From an uncultured Verrucomicrobiae bacterium (lineage in GTDB: Bacteria > Verrucomicrobiota > Verrucomicrobiia > Chthoniobacterales > Chthoniobacteraceae): a stretch of DNA of 64,000 bases. The stretch's first letter is position 1, and the number at the start of each line of letters is the position of its first letter. Made by a program: the position numbers and the translations under genes. Positions 1 to 11,024 of the stretch are shown here, piece after piece. The notes beneath the pieces were generated by a model that had not been told where the DNA came from, did not search any database, and saw nothing but the letters and a program-made list of their open reading frames with translations. The stretch lies in assembly GCA_963836755.1 (NCBI GenBank), contig CAWIKF010000002.1, positions 1,216,001 to 1,280,000 of the forward strand. The letters run 5' to 3'.

Positions 1-135
1 GCGAGATCAGTATCTTTTCCGCTCAATTGAAGTCAAAGGCCACAGGCTCATATACGCAGCATTCGGGCCAGTCGTCCAAGGAAAAAGCTGGCGCTGAGGC
101 TTTCAAACGAGCCGGGCGAGCGCCCACTGCTTTGG

Positions 136-178
136 AAAAAAAAGGAGAGGCGCTCCCGTCGCCGGAAGCGCCTCCTTT
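136..178 (-). terminator. Intrinsic terminator downstream of rnpB
   Basis: Minus strand GGAGGCGCTTCC-ggcgac-GGGAGCGCCTCTCC hairpin followed by a long T run. Confidence 0.7.
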
Positions 179-181
179 GTC

Positions 182-554
182 GAATGACGATAAGCCGAAT
201 TTTGTCGAGGATGATCATTTCTCTCGCGCGTCGCAGCTTGCGCCGGACGCGCGCCCGCGCGAGCGAGTGCGACTATTACCCGGGAGCGAAGGCCAGGCGG
301 GCCGCTCCCTGTTTTGTCTTGCACCGCATGGGGTTTTTCGTGCCCCGGAGCTTGCGCGCCGGGCGGTGGGCTTTTACTCCGCCTTTTCACCCGTTCCGCA
401 CCTGTTTGCACAAGCGCGATGGTTTGTTTTCTGTGACACTTTCCGTCGCACGCGATTTTCACCGCGCGCGCCCGCGTGTTCTCCGCGGCATGCTGCCTTT
501 TGGTGTTCGGACTTTCCTCTGCCGCATTTCTGCCGCAGCGATCATCTGTCATCC
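182..554 (-). ncRNA. rnpB: RNase P RNA (bacterial type A)
   Basis: Minus strand has GAGGAAAGTCCG near the 5' end, internal ACAGAAA and ACAAAATTCGGCTTAT near the 3' end; termini GGATGAC/GTCATTC can pair as P1. Confidence 0.93.
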
Positions 555-630
555 AGTTTTGAAATTAGCCACATTCGCGCACGGGCGCACGAAACATTTT
601 GCCGCTTGACCCCGCGGCGAGGCAGACGAA

Positions 631-3135
631 ATGGTGCCCCGCGTGAATGGAGCCGCCGCCAGCATTTCCCAGAAAGCCCGCCCCTCGTCCACGCGCTGGG
701 ATGAAATTTATGAAGCCGACGGCGCGCCGCGGCCGAGCTACGCGCCACTGCTCGCGCATTTAAAAAATCTGCGATCGGCCGAGCTGCGCATGCTCGACGA
801 GCGGATGGAGGCAACGTTGCGCGAGATGGGCGTGACCTTCGGGCACAACGCGCGGCAACCGTGGATTTGCGATTTGCTGCCGCACGTTTTTGACGCGCAG
901 GAGTGGAAAAAAATCGATGAGGGCGTGCGTCAACGCACCCGTGCGTTCGAGCTTTTTTTGCAGGATGTGTATGGGCCGCGGCAGATTTTGCGCGACGGCG
1001 TGGTGCCGATTCATCCGGTGCTCGGCAGCCCGTATTATCAAAATGCCGTCGTCGGAGTGCCGCGGCCGCTCCGCGCTTTTTTGCATTTGAGCGGCACCTG
1101 CCTCGCGCGCGACGGCCGCGGCGCGATCATGGTGAAGCACCATTATTTCAGCCGCGCGCCCGGCACCGCTTACATGATGCAAAATCGCCGCGCACTCGCG
1201 CGCGTGATTCCGGAGATTTTTGAAAACACGCCAGTCCGTTCTTTCGCGGAAGCGCCGCTCGCGATCATTGAGGCGCTGCGAAACGCCGACGCCGCCCGCG
1301 TGGCTGAGCCGTCGGTCGTGCTTTTGTGCTCCGGCGTTTCCAGTCCGCTTTATTCCGCCGACAGCTTCCTCGCGCGACGCATGGGCATTCCGCTGGTGCA
1401 AGGCGGCGACCTGCTCGTGCTCGAGGATCACGTTTATCTCAAAACCATCGAGGGCCTAAAAAAAGTCGACGTCATTTACAATCGCATGCCCGACGCGTGG
1501 CTCGACCAGCTCGTGCTGCGTCGCGATTCCCGCCTCGGCGTGCCCGGCCTCATTCATTGTCTGCGCAAGCAAACCGTCGCGCTCCTCAACGGCATCGGCA
1601 GCGATCTCGCCGACGACCGGAGCCTGCTTTGCTTCGCCCCGCAAATCATCCGTTATTATTTAGCGGAGGATCCGATCCTGCCGACCGTGCCGACTTTTTG
1701 GCTCGGGGATCTCGACCAATGCGAAATGGTCCTCGACAACCCCGAGCGCTATTGCATCCGCCAGATTTTCGGCAGCGACCTTGCCGGCAGCGATGTCACC
1801 GACCTCGCGCTCATTCGCAAACACGCCAGCCTTTACGTCGCGCAACCAGTCGAGCACGGCGCGCTCAGCGTGCGCGCACAAAACCCGAAACGGCTCGACC
1901 TCGCGCAGGATCATATCGTCTTTGCACTCCGGCGCGGCGAGGAATGCGAAGTTTTTCCCGGCGCACTCACGCGAGTTTTTTCACCGCAAAAACCCAATGC
2001 CTGGATCAGCAAGGACACATGGGTCCTCGGCGAAAATCCCGAGCCGATCTCGCGCGCGCCGCGCCTTCACACCGAGCCGCACGTCGCTTCGCGCCAGGTC
2101 ACCAGCCGCGTCGCCGACGCATTTTACTGGCTCGGTCGATATCTCGAGCGCGCCTATCATCAGGCCTACCTCATCCAGGTCATCGAGACTCTTGAAACCG
2201 AAGAGCTGAATTCCGCTGAGCGCAAACTTTACCGCCCGATGTGGAACCGCCTCCTCCCGCCGCTCGAGAAAAGCGCGGGCGAAAGCCGCCGCAGCATTAC
2301 GAACCGGCTCGACCGCTACCGTCTCGTCCTTCTTCCCGAGCCCGGCACCGTCGTCTGCACTTTTGTCCGCGCCATGGCAAATGCCGAGTCGCTGCAGGAG
2401 TGCCTCAGCCCCGAAGCTTGGGCCACGCTTTCCAATCTCCACTCGCGTTTTCAGCGCACCCGCTACAAAGAAAAAATCGACGACGACGAATGCGCCCGCA
2501 CCGCGCGCCGCCTTAGCGATTTGGTCGCGCGCCTCATTCCTCAATTCTTCGCAGTCGCCGCCAACACCATGCTTGCCGACGACGGCTGGCGCTTCTGCGA
2601 AGTCGGCCAGCTGCTCGAGCGCGCCACCATCACCGCAAACTCCGTCGTCTCCATCAGCAAAAGTTTCGCGCACGCCAGCGAGATTGAGCTCTCAGCATTT
2701 CTGCGACTCCTCGGCACCCGCGACGCGTTCCGCCGCGTCTATCAAATGCGCGCCGAGCCGATCGCTGTCCTGGAATTTCTATGGCAAAATGCAAACGCCC
2801 CGCGATCCGTTCTCCGCTGCCTGCGCCGCTGCGCAGCACTGCTCGCCGAAAGTAGCTCCGACACGCCGGGCACCCGTCTCACGCTCGACGCCATCCGCGC
2901 GCTCACCGACAAAATTTCCCAAGTCGATTGGAGCAACTACCTCCGCGAGGGCAGCGAAAAAGCTCCCGAGCAATCCGCCGCCGCGCCCGTCGCCTCGGAC
3001 GCGGGCTCGCCAGCGACCGCGATTCTTCTCGAACTACTCAATGGCACTGGCGCCATCCACGCCGCCATTTCTGATGGCTTCCTCAGCCACCAGACATCGA
3101 TCGCGCGCACGCAGCTTCCAGCGCGCAGCGGATAA
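631..3135 (+). CDS. Circularly permuted type 2 ATP-grasp protein fused to an alpha-E domain
   Basis: Motifs VDVIYNR, SRLGVPGL, G-SKDTWV-like, then SRVADAFYWLGRYLERA and GQLLERA (alpha-E). Confidence 0.85.
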   Translation: MVPRVNGAAASISQKARPSSTRWDEIYEADGAPRPSYAPLLAHLKNLRSAELRMLDERMEATLREMGVTFGHNARQPWICDLLPHVFDAQEWKKIDEGVRQRTRAFELFLQDVYGPRQILRDGVVPIHPVLGSPYYQNAVVGVPRPLRAFLHLSGTCLARDGRGAIMVKHHYFSRAPGTAYMMQNRRALARVIPEIFENTPVRSFAEAPLAIIEALRNADAARVAEPSVVLLCSGVSSPLYSADSFLARRMGIPLVQGGDLLVLEDHVYLKTIEGLKKVDVIYNRMPDAWLDQLVLRRDSRLGVPGLIHCLRKQTVALLNGIGSDLADDRSLLCFAPQIIRYYLAEDPILPTVPTFWLGDLDQCEMVLDNPERYCIRQIFGSDLAGSDVTDLALIRKHASLYVAQPVEHGALSVRAQNPKRLDLAQDHIVFALRRGEECEVFPGALTRVFSPQKPNAWISKDTWVLGENPEPISRAPRLHTEPHVASRQVTSRVADAFYWLGRYLERAYHQAYLIQVIETLETEELNSAERKLYRPMWNRLLPPLEKSAGESRRSITNRLDRYRLVLLPEPGTVVCTFVRAMANAESLQECLSPEAWATLSNLHSRFQRTRYKEKIDDDECARTARRLSDLVARLIPQFFAVAANTMLADDGWRFCEVGQLLERATITANSVVSISKSFAHASEIELSAFLRLLGTRDAFRRVYQMRAEPIAVLEFLWQNANAPRSVLRCLRRCAALLAESSSDTPGTRLTLDAIRALTDKISQVDWSNYLREGSEKAPEQSAAAPVASDAGSPATAILLELLNGTGAIHAAISDGFLSHQTSIARTQLPARSG

Positions 3136-3151
3136 AAGTCCGAAATCTTTA

Positions 3152-3168
3152 TTTGGAATAATTCTTGA
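3152..3168 (+). promoter_or_regulatory. Putative Fur-family operator (ICE/Per-box-like)
   Basis: AT-rich imperfect palindrome TTTGGAA-TAA-TTCTTGA just upstream of the Fur-family gene and suf operon. Confidence 0.5.
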
Positions 3169-3202
3169 TAAGAAATCGGCAACCCCGGATATTCAGGAAC
3201 CG

Positions 3203-3655
3203 ATGCCGGCCAGAAGCGACAGCAAATATAATGAGACGATCTCGCAACGCGGGTTCCGTTTCACCATGCAGCGGCGCCACGTCTACGATGCGCTGATGGC
3301 AAAGCGCGATCACCCGACGGCCGTGGAGGTATTCATGCGCGCACAGAAGCGGATGCCATCAATCTCGCTCGCGACCGTCTATAATTGTCTCGAAACTTTG
3401 ACTCAATGCGGGCTGGTGCGCCACGTGAACCACGATCGCGCTCCGTCGCGCTACTGCCCGAACCTGGAGCCTCATGGACATTTTTTCTGCGAAGAGTGCA
3501 GCGCGGTTTTCGATGTGCCGCTGCAGCGCCCGGCGCGCCTCGCGCAGGCATGGGCACTGCCGGAGAACGCCGTCGTCTCGCATCACGAAGCGGGCTTCCG
3601 CGGCCTCTGCGCCGCGTGCGCGAAGAAAACCAAACGTAAAACGAAAGTAAAATGA
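3203..3655 (+). CDS. Fur family transcriptional regulator (PerR/Irr-like)
   Basis: [34 protein letters not shown] and final CAAC motifs; 3' part of ORF 2363..3655. Confidence 0.9.
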   Translation: MPARSDSKYNETISQRGFRFTMQRRHVYDALMAKRDHPTAVEVFMRAQKRMPSISLATVYNCLETLTQCGLVRHVNHDRAPSRYCPNLEPHGHFFCEECSAVFDVPLQRPARLAQAWALPENAVVSHHEAGFRGLCAACAKKTKRKTKVK

Positions 3656-4419
3656 ACGCATTAGTTATCAAAGACCTTCATGCGAGCGTCGCGGGCGAGG
3701 AGATCGTGCGCGGGCTCAGTCTCGAGGTGAAGCCGGGCCATGTTCACGCGATCATGGGGCCGAACGGCTCGGGCAAAAGCACGCTCGCGAAAGTGCTCGG
3801 CGGCCATCCCGATTACACGGTCGAGTCGGGAGAAGTCACGATGGATGGCGTCAATATTTTGGAATTGGAGCCCGATGAACGCGCGCGCGCGGGACTTTTT
3901 CTCGCGTTCCAATATCCGATGGAAATTCCCGGCGTGAGCAACGCGAATTTTTTGCGCGCGGCTGTGCAGGCGCGGCTTGGCGAGGGCCAGGATCTCGATG
4001 CGACGGAGTATTACGGGCAGCTTTATGCGAAGATGGATTTGCTCGAGATGGATCGAAAATTTACCGCGCGCTCGGTGAACGAAGGCTTCTCAGGCGGCGA
4101 GAAAAAGCGAAACGAAATTTTGCAAATGGCGATGCTCGCGCCGAAATATGCAGTGCTCGATGAGACCGACAGTGGCCTCGATATTGACGCGCTCAAAATC
4201 GTGTCGCGCGGCGTGAATACATTGCGCGGGCCGCACGTTGGTATCTTGATGATCACGCATTATCAGCGGCTGCTGAATTACATCGTGCCCGATTTTGTGC
4301 ATGTGATGATGAATGGCCGCATCGTCCGCAACGGCGGCCGCGAGCTCGCGCTGGAGCTCGAAGAACGCGGCTACGACTGGATCAAGGACGAATTACAGGA
4401 ACCGGCGAACGCCCAATAA
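3652..4419 (+). CDS. sufC: Fe-S cluster assembly ATPase SufC
   Basis: [35 protein letters not shown]. Confidence 0.97.
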   Translation: MNALVIKDLHASVAGEEIVRGLSLEVKPGHVHAIMGPNGSGKSTLAKVLGGHPDYTVESGEVTMDGVNILELEPDERARAGLFLAFQYPMEIPGVSNANFLRAAVQARLGEGQDLDATEYYGQLYAKMDLLEMDRKFTARSVNEGFSGGEKKRNEILQMAMLAPKYAVLDETDSGLDIDALKIVSRGVNTLRGPHVGILMITHYQRLLNYIVPDFVHVMMNGRIVRNGGRELALELEERGYDWIKDELQEPANAQ

Positions 4420-4433
4420 ACGAATCTCAAATT

Positions 4434-5843
4434 ATGCCCGCAGAAAACGCCACCATCGATATCGACCGCAGCATCGGCGATTTTTCTTATCCCGAGCGAC
4501 ACACTTTTGACGCCGGTTTCGGTCTCACGCGCGACACGGTCAACTACATCTCCGATGTAAAAAATGATCCGGATTGGGTGCGCGAATTTCGATTGAAGGC
4601 GCTCGAAGTTTTTGAAAGCAAGCCGCTGCCAACGCATTGGGCCAGCAAGGATCTGGAGGCGATTCATTTCGACAAAATCCGCTATTATTTGAGCTCCGGT
4701 CAAAAGGCGACGCGTTCGTGGGAGGACGTGCCGGAGGATATGAAGCGGACCTTCGAGCGACTGGGCATCCCCGAGCAGGAGCGGAAATTTCTGGCGGGCG
4801 TCGAGGCGCAATTCGACAGCGAAGCGGTTTATTCGAACATCAAAAAAGCCGTCGGCGAGCAGGGCGTGATTTTCGTCGGTTCGACCGAGGGTTTGAAGGA
4901 GCACCCGGAAATTTTTCGCAAATGGTTCGGCAAAGTCATTCCGACCGGCGACAACAAATTTAGCGCGCTGAACTCAGCGGTCTTCAGCGGCGGATCCTTT
5001 ATCTACGTGCCTCCGGGCGTCAAAGTGAAACATCCGTTGCAGGCGTATTTTCGCATCAACGCGGAGAATTTTGGACAGTTCGAGCGGACGCTCATCATCG
5101 CCGATGAAGGCAGCGAGGTGATGTATATGGAAGGTTGCACCGCGCCAAAATTCGAGACGGCGACGCTGCACTCCGCGGTGGTCGAACTGGTCGCGATGAA
5201 GGGTGCGAAAATCCAATACGTGACCGTGCAAAATTGGTCGGCAAACGTTTTCAACCTCGTCACCAAGCGCGGCCTCGCGCACGAGGAAGCCGAGGTGAAA
5301 TGGATCGATTGCAACATCGGCTCACGCCTCACGATGAAGTATCCGGGCGTGGTGATGAAGGGGCGCAAGGCGCGCGGCGAAGTGATCTCGATCGCGCTCG
5401 CGGGCGACGGCCAGCATCAGGACACCGGCGCGAAAATGATTCACGCGGCCGATGAAACAACGTCAAACATTATTTCAAAAAGTATCAGCGTCGGCAAAGG
5501 GCGCGCGACCTATCGCGGCCTCGTCCACGTGCCGAAGCATTTGAAAAATTGCAAGAACAACACCGAGTGCGATGCGCTGCTCATCAACTCGACGAGCCGC
5601 ACGGATACTTATCCCGCGATCACCGTGCGCGGCACCGGCAACGCAGTGCAGCATGAAGCGAGCGTGAGCCAGGTGAGCGCGGAGCAGATTTTTTACATGC
5701 AGCAGCGCGGGCTGACGAAAGGGCAGGCGATGTCGCTGAGCGTGAATGGTTTTGTCAACGATCTCGTGCGGCAGTTTCCGATGGAATATAGCGTCGAGCT
5801 GAAGCGGCTGATCGATCTCGAGATGGAAGGCTCGGTCGGCTAA
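4434..5843 (+). CDS. sufB: Fe-S cluster assembly protein SufB
   Basis: [29 protein letters not shown]-terminal LEMEGSVG. Confidence 0.97.
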   Translation: MPAENATIDIDRSIGDFSYPERHTFDAGFGLTRDTVNYISDVKNDPDWVREFRLKALEVFESKPLPTHWASKDLEAIHFDKIRYYLSSGQKATRSWEDVPEDMKRTFERLGIPEQERKFLAGVEAQFDSEAVYSNIKKAVGEQGVIFVGSTEGLKEHPEIFRKWFGKVIPTGDNKFSALNSAVFSGGSFIYVPPGVKVKHPLQAYFRINAENFGQFERTLIIADEGSEVMYMEGCTAPKFETATLHSAVVELVAMKGAKIQYVTVQNWSANVFNLVTKRGLAHEEAEVKWIDCNIGSRLTMKYPGVVMKGRKARGEVISIALAGDGQHQDTGAKMIHAADETTSNIISKSISVGKGRATYRGLVHVPKHLKNCKNNTECDALLINSTSRTDTYPAITVRGTGNAVQHEASVSQVSAEQIFYMQQRGLTKGQAMSLSVNGFVNDLVRQFPMEYSVELKRLIDLEMEGSVG

Positions 5844-5882
5844 ACCGCCGCGCCAGCTCGTTTTTTCACACATCGAAATTCG

Positions 5883-7250
5883 ATGAGCACCGGCATTGTC
5901 TCCATGGAAGAACGTGAACGCCTCAATCACGACGAGGCCGCTTTGATTTTGATGAGCGGGCCCGACGCGCTCGAAAATCACGCGTTCGCGGATTGGTTTC
6001 GTCAGCTGCATTTCGAGGGCTGGGAAAAGTTTCGGCAATTGCCGATGCCCGCGCGCGCGGACGAGGCGTGGCGCTTCGCGAGCATCAAATCGCTCGACAT
6101 TTCGCCTTTCACGAAACCGACGCCCGTCCCGGATGCGGTGCAGGCGGAATTGCTCGCGCGCTCAGTCGGCTTGCAGGAAAGCGCGGGGCGGATGGTTTTC
6201 GCGAACGATCAATTGCTCAAGCGCGAAGTTTTGTCCGAGGAGCTGCGGAGCAAAGGCGTGATCTTCGAGCCGATCGAGCGCGCTGTTTCGACGCACGCGG
6301 ATATTTTCCGCGAGCATTTCATGACGCAGGATGTCGTCCTCGGCTCGAAAAAGTTTGCCGCGCTGCACAAAGCTTGGGTCAAGTCCGGAACATTTCTTTA
6401 CGTGCCTCGCAATGTGGAAATCAATTTGCCGATCGAAGTTTTCCACTGGCAGCACGGCGAGGCCGGCTCGACTTTTCCGCACACGCTGCTCATCGCGGGT
6501 GAAAATAGCAGAGTCACGCTGATCGATTATTTCGAATCCGCGACGCCCGACACGACTGGGTTCGCGTGCGGCGTGAACGATTTGTTTCTCGAGTCCGGCG
6601 CGAAGCTTACTTACATCAACGCGCAAAACTGGAGCCGCAAAATGCTCGCGCTCCAGATCAATTCGACCGTGGTCGGGCGCGACGCGAGCGCGGTCAGCAT
6701 GAACCTCAACCTCGGCGCGAGCTACGCGCGAACCGAGTCGGTGAGCCGGCTCGCGGGCGCCGGCGGCCGCAGCGACATGCTCGCATTGTCCGTCGCGGAT
6801 GGCGGCCAGGAATTCGATCAGCGCACTTTGCAGGATCATCAGCAACCGAATACGGCAAGTGACCTGCTTTACAAAAATGCCCTCTTCGACAAGGCGCGGA
6901 CGATTTTTGCGGGACTCATTCGCGTGGAGCCGAACGCGCATAAAACCGATGCGTATCAAAAAGTGCGCAATCTTTTGCTGAGCGACGAGGCCGAAGCGAA
7001 CTCGATGCCGGGCCTGGAAATTCTCGCGGATGAAGTGCGCTGCTCGCACGGCGCGACGAGCGGGCAAATAGATTCCGAGGAACTTTTTTACATGCTTTCC
7101 CGCGGCCTGACGCGAGAGAAGGCGCAGCAACTGATTGTTGGCGGTTTTTTAAACGAAGTTGTGGAGCGGCTCGGTAACGACGCGATCAAGCAAAAGCTCG
7201 ATGAGATGATTCGCGCCAAATTTGCAAGCCGCGGTCAAGTCTCGGGCTGA
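5883..7250 (+). CDS. sufD: Fe-S cluster assembly protein SufD
   Basis: [30 protein letters not shown]; follows sufB. Confidence 0.95.
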   Translation: MSTGIVSMEERERLNHDEAALILMSGPDALENHAFADWFRQLHFEGWEKFRQLPMPARADEAWRFASIKSLDISPFTKPTPVPDAVQAELLARSVGLQESAGRMVFANDQLLKREVLSEELRSKGVIFEPIERAVSTHADIFREHFMTQDVVLGSKKFAALHKAWVKSGTFLYVPRNVEINLPIEVFHWQHGEAGSTFPHTLLIAGENSRVTLIDYFESATPDTTGFACGVNDLFLESGAKLTYINAQNWSRKMLALQINSTVVGRDASAVSMNLNLGASYARTESVSRLAGAGGRSDMLALSVADGGQEFDQRTLQDHQQPNTASDLLYKNALFDKARTIFAGLIRVEPNAHKTDAYQKVRNLLLSDEAEANSMPGLEILADEVRCSHGATSGQIDSEELFYMLSRGLTREKAQQLIVGGFLNEVVERLGNDAIKQKLDEMIRAKFASRGQVSG

Positions 7251-7450
7251 TCGAGTTGCTCGCCTTCGATCTGCTCGTAATCCTCGAGATGATCGGGCGA
7301 GAGCGGCTCGGAAATCCGGTATTCCTCGCCGAGCCATTTGCCGAGATCGATCATCTGGCAGCGCCGTGAGCAGAACGGGCCGACCGGCTCGGAAAAAAAT
7401 TCCGTCTCGCCGCCGCACGTCGGACACTTCACTTTTGCTGACTCCGCCAT
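7235..7450 (-). CDS. yacG: DNA gyrase inhibitor YacG
   Basis: VKCPTCG...[22 protein letters not shown]. Confidence 0.92.
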   Translation of the reverse strand: MAESAKVKCPTCGGETEFFSEPVGPFCSRRCQMIDLGKWLGEEYRISEPLSPDHLEDYEQIEGEQLDQPET

Positions 7451-7491
7451 CGGGTAAATTTGCTTCATTTCATGATCGAGAAAAATGAATT

Positions 7492-8547
7492 TTGCGCGCT
7501 GTGAATAATCTCACGGAACTGAGCGCTCACCTGCAAGATGGGCACGACCTTGACGCCATCGAAATCGAAACCGCGGTCAATGCGCTGACGGACGAAATGG
7601 TCGAGGATGAGTTGAAAGCCTCATTCCTGCAGGCTTTGCGGGCGAAGGGTGAAACCGCTGACGAGATCGCGGAGTTTGTAAATGCGCTTCTCAAGCGCGC
7701 AGTCGATCCGGAAATTCATGCGCTGAAACTCGACGGACCGTTGCTCGATGTGTGCGGCACGGGCGGCGATCGCATGGAATTATTCAACGTCTCGACCACC
7801 GCGATGTTCGTTCTTGCAGCGGGCGGAGCGATTGTCGTCAAACATGGAAACCGCGGCATCACGTCGAAATGCGGCGGTGCGGATGTGCTCGAAAATCTCG
7901 GGGTAAAAATTGATTTGCCGCCGGCCGATTGCCGGCGGTGTGTGGAAAAGAACGGCGTCGGATTTTTGTTCGCGCCGCAATATCATCCGGCGTTCAAGGC
8001 GATTGCGCCCGCGCGCAAAATGCTCGCGGCGCAAGGCGTGGCAACGATTTTCAACATGCTCGGGCCGCTGCTCAATCCGGCGCGGCCCAACTTTCAGCTC
8101 GTCGGAGTTTTTGCAAAATCGCTGCTGCAAAACTTCGCGGGAGCGTTTGCGCGGCTCCAGCGCTCGCACGCGTGGGCCGTGCACGGCGCGAGCGAAATCG
8201 GCGGCGGCGTCGATGAAATTTCGACGATGGGACCGACGGAAATTTGCAAAGTTTACGCGGGCGAACTCGAGACGGCGATCATCACGCCGGAGGAGTTTGG
8301 TTTTTCGCGCGCGAGCGCGGAGGAATTGCTTGGCGGAAATTGCGCGCAAAACGCGCGCGTTTTGCAGGGAATTTTGTCCGGGAAAATTCACGGCGCGAAA
8401 CGCGACGTTGTTTTATTGAATGCGGCGGCGGGCTTTGTGATCTGCCATCTCGCGCCGGACATGCACGTTGGCATTGAGCTCGCGCAGGCGCAGATCGACA
8501 CGGGTCGCGCACTAGCGAAACTGGAAGCGCTGCGAGATTTTCGCTAA
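7492..8547 (+). CDS. trpD: Anthranilate phosphoribosyltransferase
   Basis: [28 protein letters not shown]. Confidence 0.96.
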   Translation: MRAVNNLTELSAHLQDGHDLDAIEIETAVNALTDEMVEDELKASFLQALRAKGETADEIAEFVNALLKRAVDPEIHALKLDGPLLDVCGTGGDRMELFNVSTTAMFVLAAGGAIVVKHGNRGITSKCGGADVLENLGVKIDLPPADCRRCVEKNGVGFLFAPQYHPAFKAIAPARKMLAAQGVATIFNMLGPLLNPARPNFQLVGVFAKSLLQNFAGAFARLQRSHAWAVHGASEIGGGVDEISTMGPTEICKVYAGELETAIITPEEFGFSRASAEELLGGNCAQNARVLQGILSGKIHGAKRDVVLLNAAAGFVICHLAPDMHVGIELAQAQIDTGRALAKLEALRDFR

Positions 8548-9332
8548 GCAGTGGCGCGCTTCGGCAGATGCTCCATGCAATAATCGCAGCCGTCTTTACC
8601 GACGCGAAAATCGAGCTGCGGATCGCTGATTTCTGTCCGATTGCAAACGACGCAGCGGTGCATCGGTTCCGTCTCCGGTTTTGCCGCGCGGTCGAATCTG
8701 CGGCGGCGCGTGGCGACAGTGCTCCGATGCCGCGCGGCGTTGTAAATATCCGCCCCGAAAAATAAAAAGTAGTTCGCGAGCGAAATGATAACGGCGGCGC
8801 GATAGCTATTGTCGAGAAACAGGAAACTGAAAACGATCTGCGCGGCGGAGATCCACGCGAGCCATTTTACTTTCACCGGCAGCACCCACAAAACGTAGAT
8901 GATCATGTCTGGAAAAAAGCGCGCGAACGCGAAAAACAGCGAGAGATTCACCATCGCTGCGGAATAGCCGCCGCCGAAAAAAAACGCGGCGATGGTCGTG
9001 CCGACCATGCCGACGAGATAAAAGACGTTGAGCTTGAAAGCGCCCATCGATTGCTCGAGCCCTTCGCCGATCATCCACAAAAAACCGAGGTAAAAAAAGA
9101 CGATGATCCAGTCGAGCATCGGCGAGCCGATCGACGGGATGAAAAGATAGGTCACGAGCCGCCAGACTTCGCCGGCCTTCACGCGCTCGGGGTCGAGATA
9201 AAGCGTGGTTAGAAACGACGGGTTGAGTTTGTAGAGGAGAAAAACGAGCGCATTGAATGCAACGATGATCCGGATCAATCCGGGAATCGCGAAGCGGCCC
9301 AGCTTGGTTTCGAGCTTGTAAAAAAAGCGCAT
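8544..9332 (-). CDS. Rhomboid-like membrane protein with C-terminal Cys/His metal-binding motif
   Basis: GEVWRLVTYLFIP, several hydrophobic segments, HRCVVC...YCMEHL. Confidence 0.75.
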   Translation of the reverse strand: MRFFYKLETKLGRFAIPGLIRIIVAFNALVFLLYKLNPSFLTTLYLDPERVKAGEVWRLVTYLFIPSIGSPMLDWIIVFFYLGFLWMIGEGLEQSMGAFKLNVFYLVGMVGTTIAAFFFGGGYSAAMVNLSLFFAFARFFPDMIIYVLWVLPVKVKWLAWISAAQIVFSFLFLDNSYRAAVIISLANYFLFFGADIYNAARHRSTVATRRRRFDRAAKPETEPMHRCVVCNRTEISDPQLDFRVGKDGCDYCMEHLPKRATA

Positions 9333-9424
9333 GCGGCGGGAGAGCTTTCGCGCCCGCGCGCCAAAATGCAAATCCCGAAAGCTCGGCAATTGCAAACGCG
9401 CGGAGCGTGCCGTAGCCTGCGCGC

Positions 9425-10531
9425 GTGTCCACCGCACCTTCGGCAAAAACAACCCCGCTTTTTCCCGAGCATGTGCGGCTCGGTGGGAAAATCGTCGAGT
9501 TCGGCGGCTGGCAGATGCCGGTGCAATACTCGAGCATCATGGAGGAGCATCACACGGTGCGGAACGACGTGGGCGTATTCGATATTTCGCACATGGGGCA
9601 GCTTTTGGTGCACGGGCCGAAGGCCGCGCCGTGGCTGAATCGGCTGCTGACGAACAACGTGGACCGGCTCGCGACGGGTGAATCGCAATACACTTTTTTG
9701 CTGAACGAGCAGGGCGGGGTGATCGATGACTTGATTGTCTATCGTTACACAGACGACAAATACCTGTTGGTGGTGAATGCGGCGAAAACCAGCGAGGATT
9801 TTGCGTGGATGCAGGCTCATTTGGAGGACGGCGTCATCTTTGAAAATCAAAGTGCGGATTACGCCGGCCTCGCGGTGCAAGGTCCGAAATCGGTGCAGCT
9901 TTACGATGTTTTTTTTGACGGCCGCCACTCGCGCCCCGCACGCAACGAGATCAAAAAAATCGAATGCGATTCGACGATGCTTTTGATCTCAAGCACTGGC
10001 TACACGGGCGAGGACGGCTTCGAAATTTTTTTCCCAGCGCAGGATGCGAAGCGGATCTGGAACTTGATCTTGGAAAAGGGCGCGCCGTTCGGCATCAAGC
10101 CGTGCGGCCTCGGCGCGCGCGATACGCTCCGCCTGGAAATGTGCTATCCGCTCAACGGCTCGGACCTCTCCCCGCAGCACACACCGCTCGAAGCCGGACT
10201 TTCGATTTTCGTCGACCTGCAAAAGGACGAATTTATCGGCCGCGATGCACTGCTGAAGCAGCGCGCGGACGGCGTGCCGCGCCGGCTCGTGCCGTTCAAG
10301 ATGAAGGAAAAATCGCCGCCGCCGCGGCCGCATTACCCGCTTTTTAAAAATGGCCGGCAGATTTCTGAGATAGCGAGCGGCACGCTTTCGCCGACGCTCA
10401 ATGCCGGCATCGGCATGGCGTATGTGCCGACGGAATTTGCGCGAATCAACGAGGAGATCGAGGTGGATATCCGCGGCCGGCGCTTCGTCGCGACGATCGA
10501 GAAAAAACCGCTGCACCGGAAAATGAGTTGA
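9425..10531 (+). CDS. gcvT: Glycine cleavage system T protein
   Basis: FGGWQMPVQY, FDISHMG, GYTGEDGFE, GLGARDTLRLE. Confidence 0.97.
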   Translation: MSTAPSAKTTPLFPEHVRLGGKIVEFGGWQMPVQYSSIMEEHHTVRNDVGVFDISHMGQLLVHGPKAAPWLNRLLTNNVDRLATGESQYTFLLNEQGGVIDDLIVYRYTDDKYLLVVNAAKTSEDFAWMQAHLEDGVIFENQSADYAGLAVQGPKSVQLYDVFFDGRHSRPARNEIKKIECDSTMLLISSTGYTGEDGFEIFFPAQDAKRIWNLILEKGAPFGIKPCGLGARDTLRLEMCYPLNGSDLSPQHTPLEAGLSIFVDLQKDEFIGRDALLKQRADGVPRRLVPFKMKEKSPPPRPHYPLFKNGRQISEIASGTLSPTLNAGIGMAYVPTEFARINEEIEVDIRGRRFVATIEKKPLHRKMS

Positions 10532-10567
10532 TCGCGCGCGCGGTTCCGTTTTTTCTCACGCCCTGAC

Positions 10568-10966
10568 ATGAATGTTCCCGACGATCTGCAATACACCGAA
10601 TCGCACGAGTGGCTCCGCATGGAGGGCGAAACGGCCACGGTCGGCATCACCGATCACGCGCAGGCGGAGTTGACCGACATCGTTTATGTGGAGCTGCCGA
10701 AAATTGGCGCGCTCGTCACCGCGAGGGAAGCGGTCGCAGTCGTCGAATCGGTGAAAGCCGCAAGCGACATTTACGCGCCGATCGGCGGCACGATCGTTGA
10801 GGTCAACACCGCGCTCGAAGGAAATCCCGCGCTCGTGAATACCGATCCGTTCGGCGACGGCTGGCTCTTTCGGCTGCGCATCGAAGCCGGTGAGCAGATT
10901 GAACTGCTGAAGGAGCCGGCGCAGTATCGCGAGATGATTTCCGCGACGGGAAAATACGAAGTCTGA
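10568..10966 (+). CDS. gcvH: Glycine cleavage system H protein
   Basis: [17 protein letters not shown] lipoyl motif. Confidence 0.97.
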   Translation: MNVPDDLQYTESHEWLRMEGETATVGITDHAQAELTDIVYVELPKIGALVTAREAVAVVESVKAASDIYAPIGGTIVEVNTALEGNPALVNTDPFGDGWLFRLRIEAGEQIELLKEPAQYREMISATGKYEV

Positions 10967-11024
10967 GCGCGCCTTCGCGCAACGAAAACTTGCTTTGCGG
11001 CCGGTCGCCCGTAGCCTGCCCGCC

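Noticed and set aside
27..704. ORFs 27..704, 103..552 and 184..609
   Set aside because: They overlap the RNase P RNA gene and have no protein-like motifs.
2363..3202. Long N-terminal extension of the Fur ORF
   Set aside because: Shadow frame inside the ATP-grasp gene; Fur similarity starts near 3203.
9333..9424. Glycine riboswitch upstream of gcvT
   Set aside because: The divergent intergenic gap is only about 90 bp and lacks recognisable aptamer motifs.
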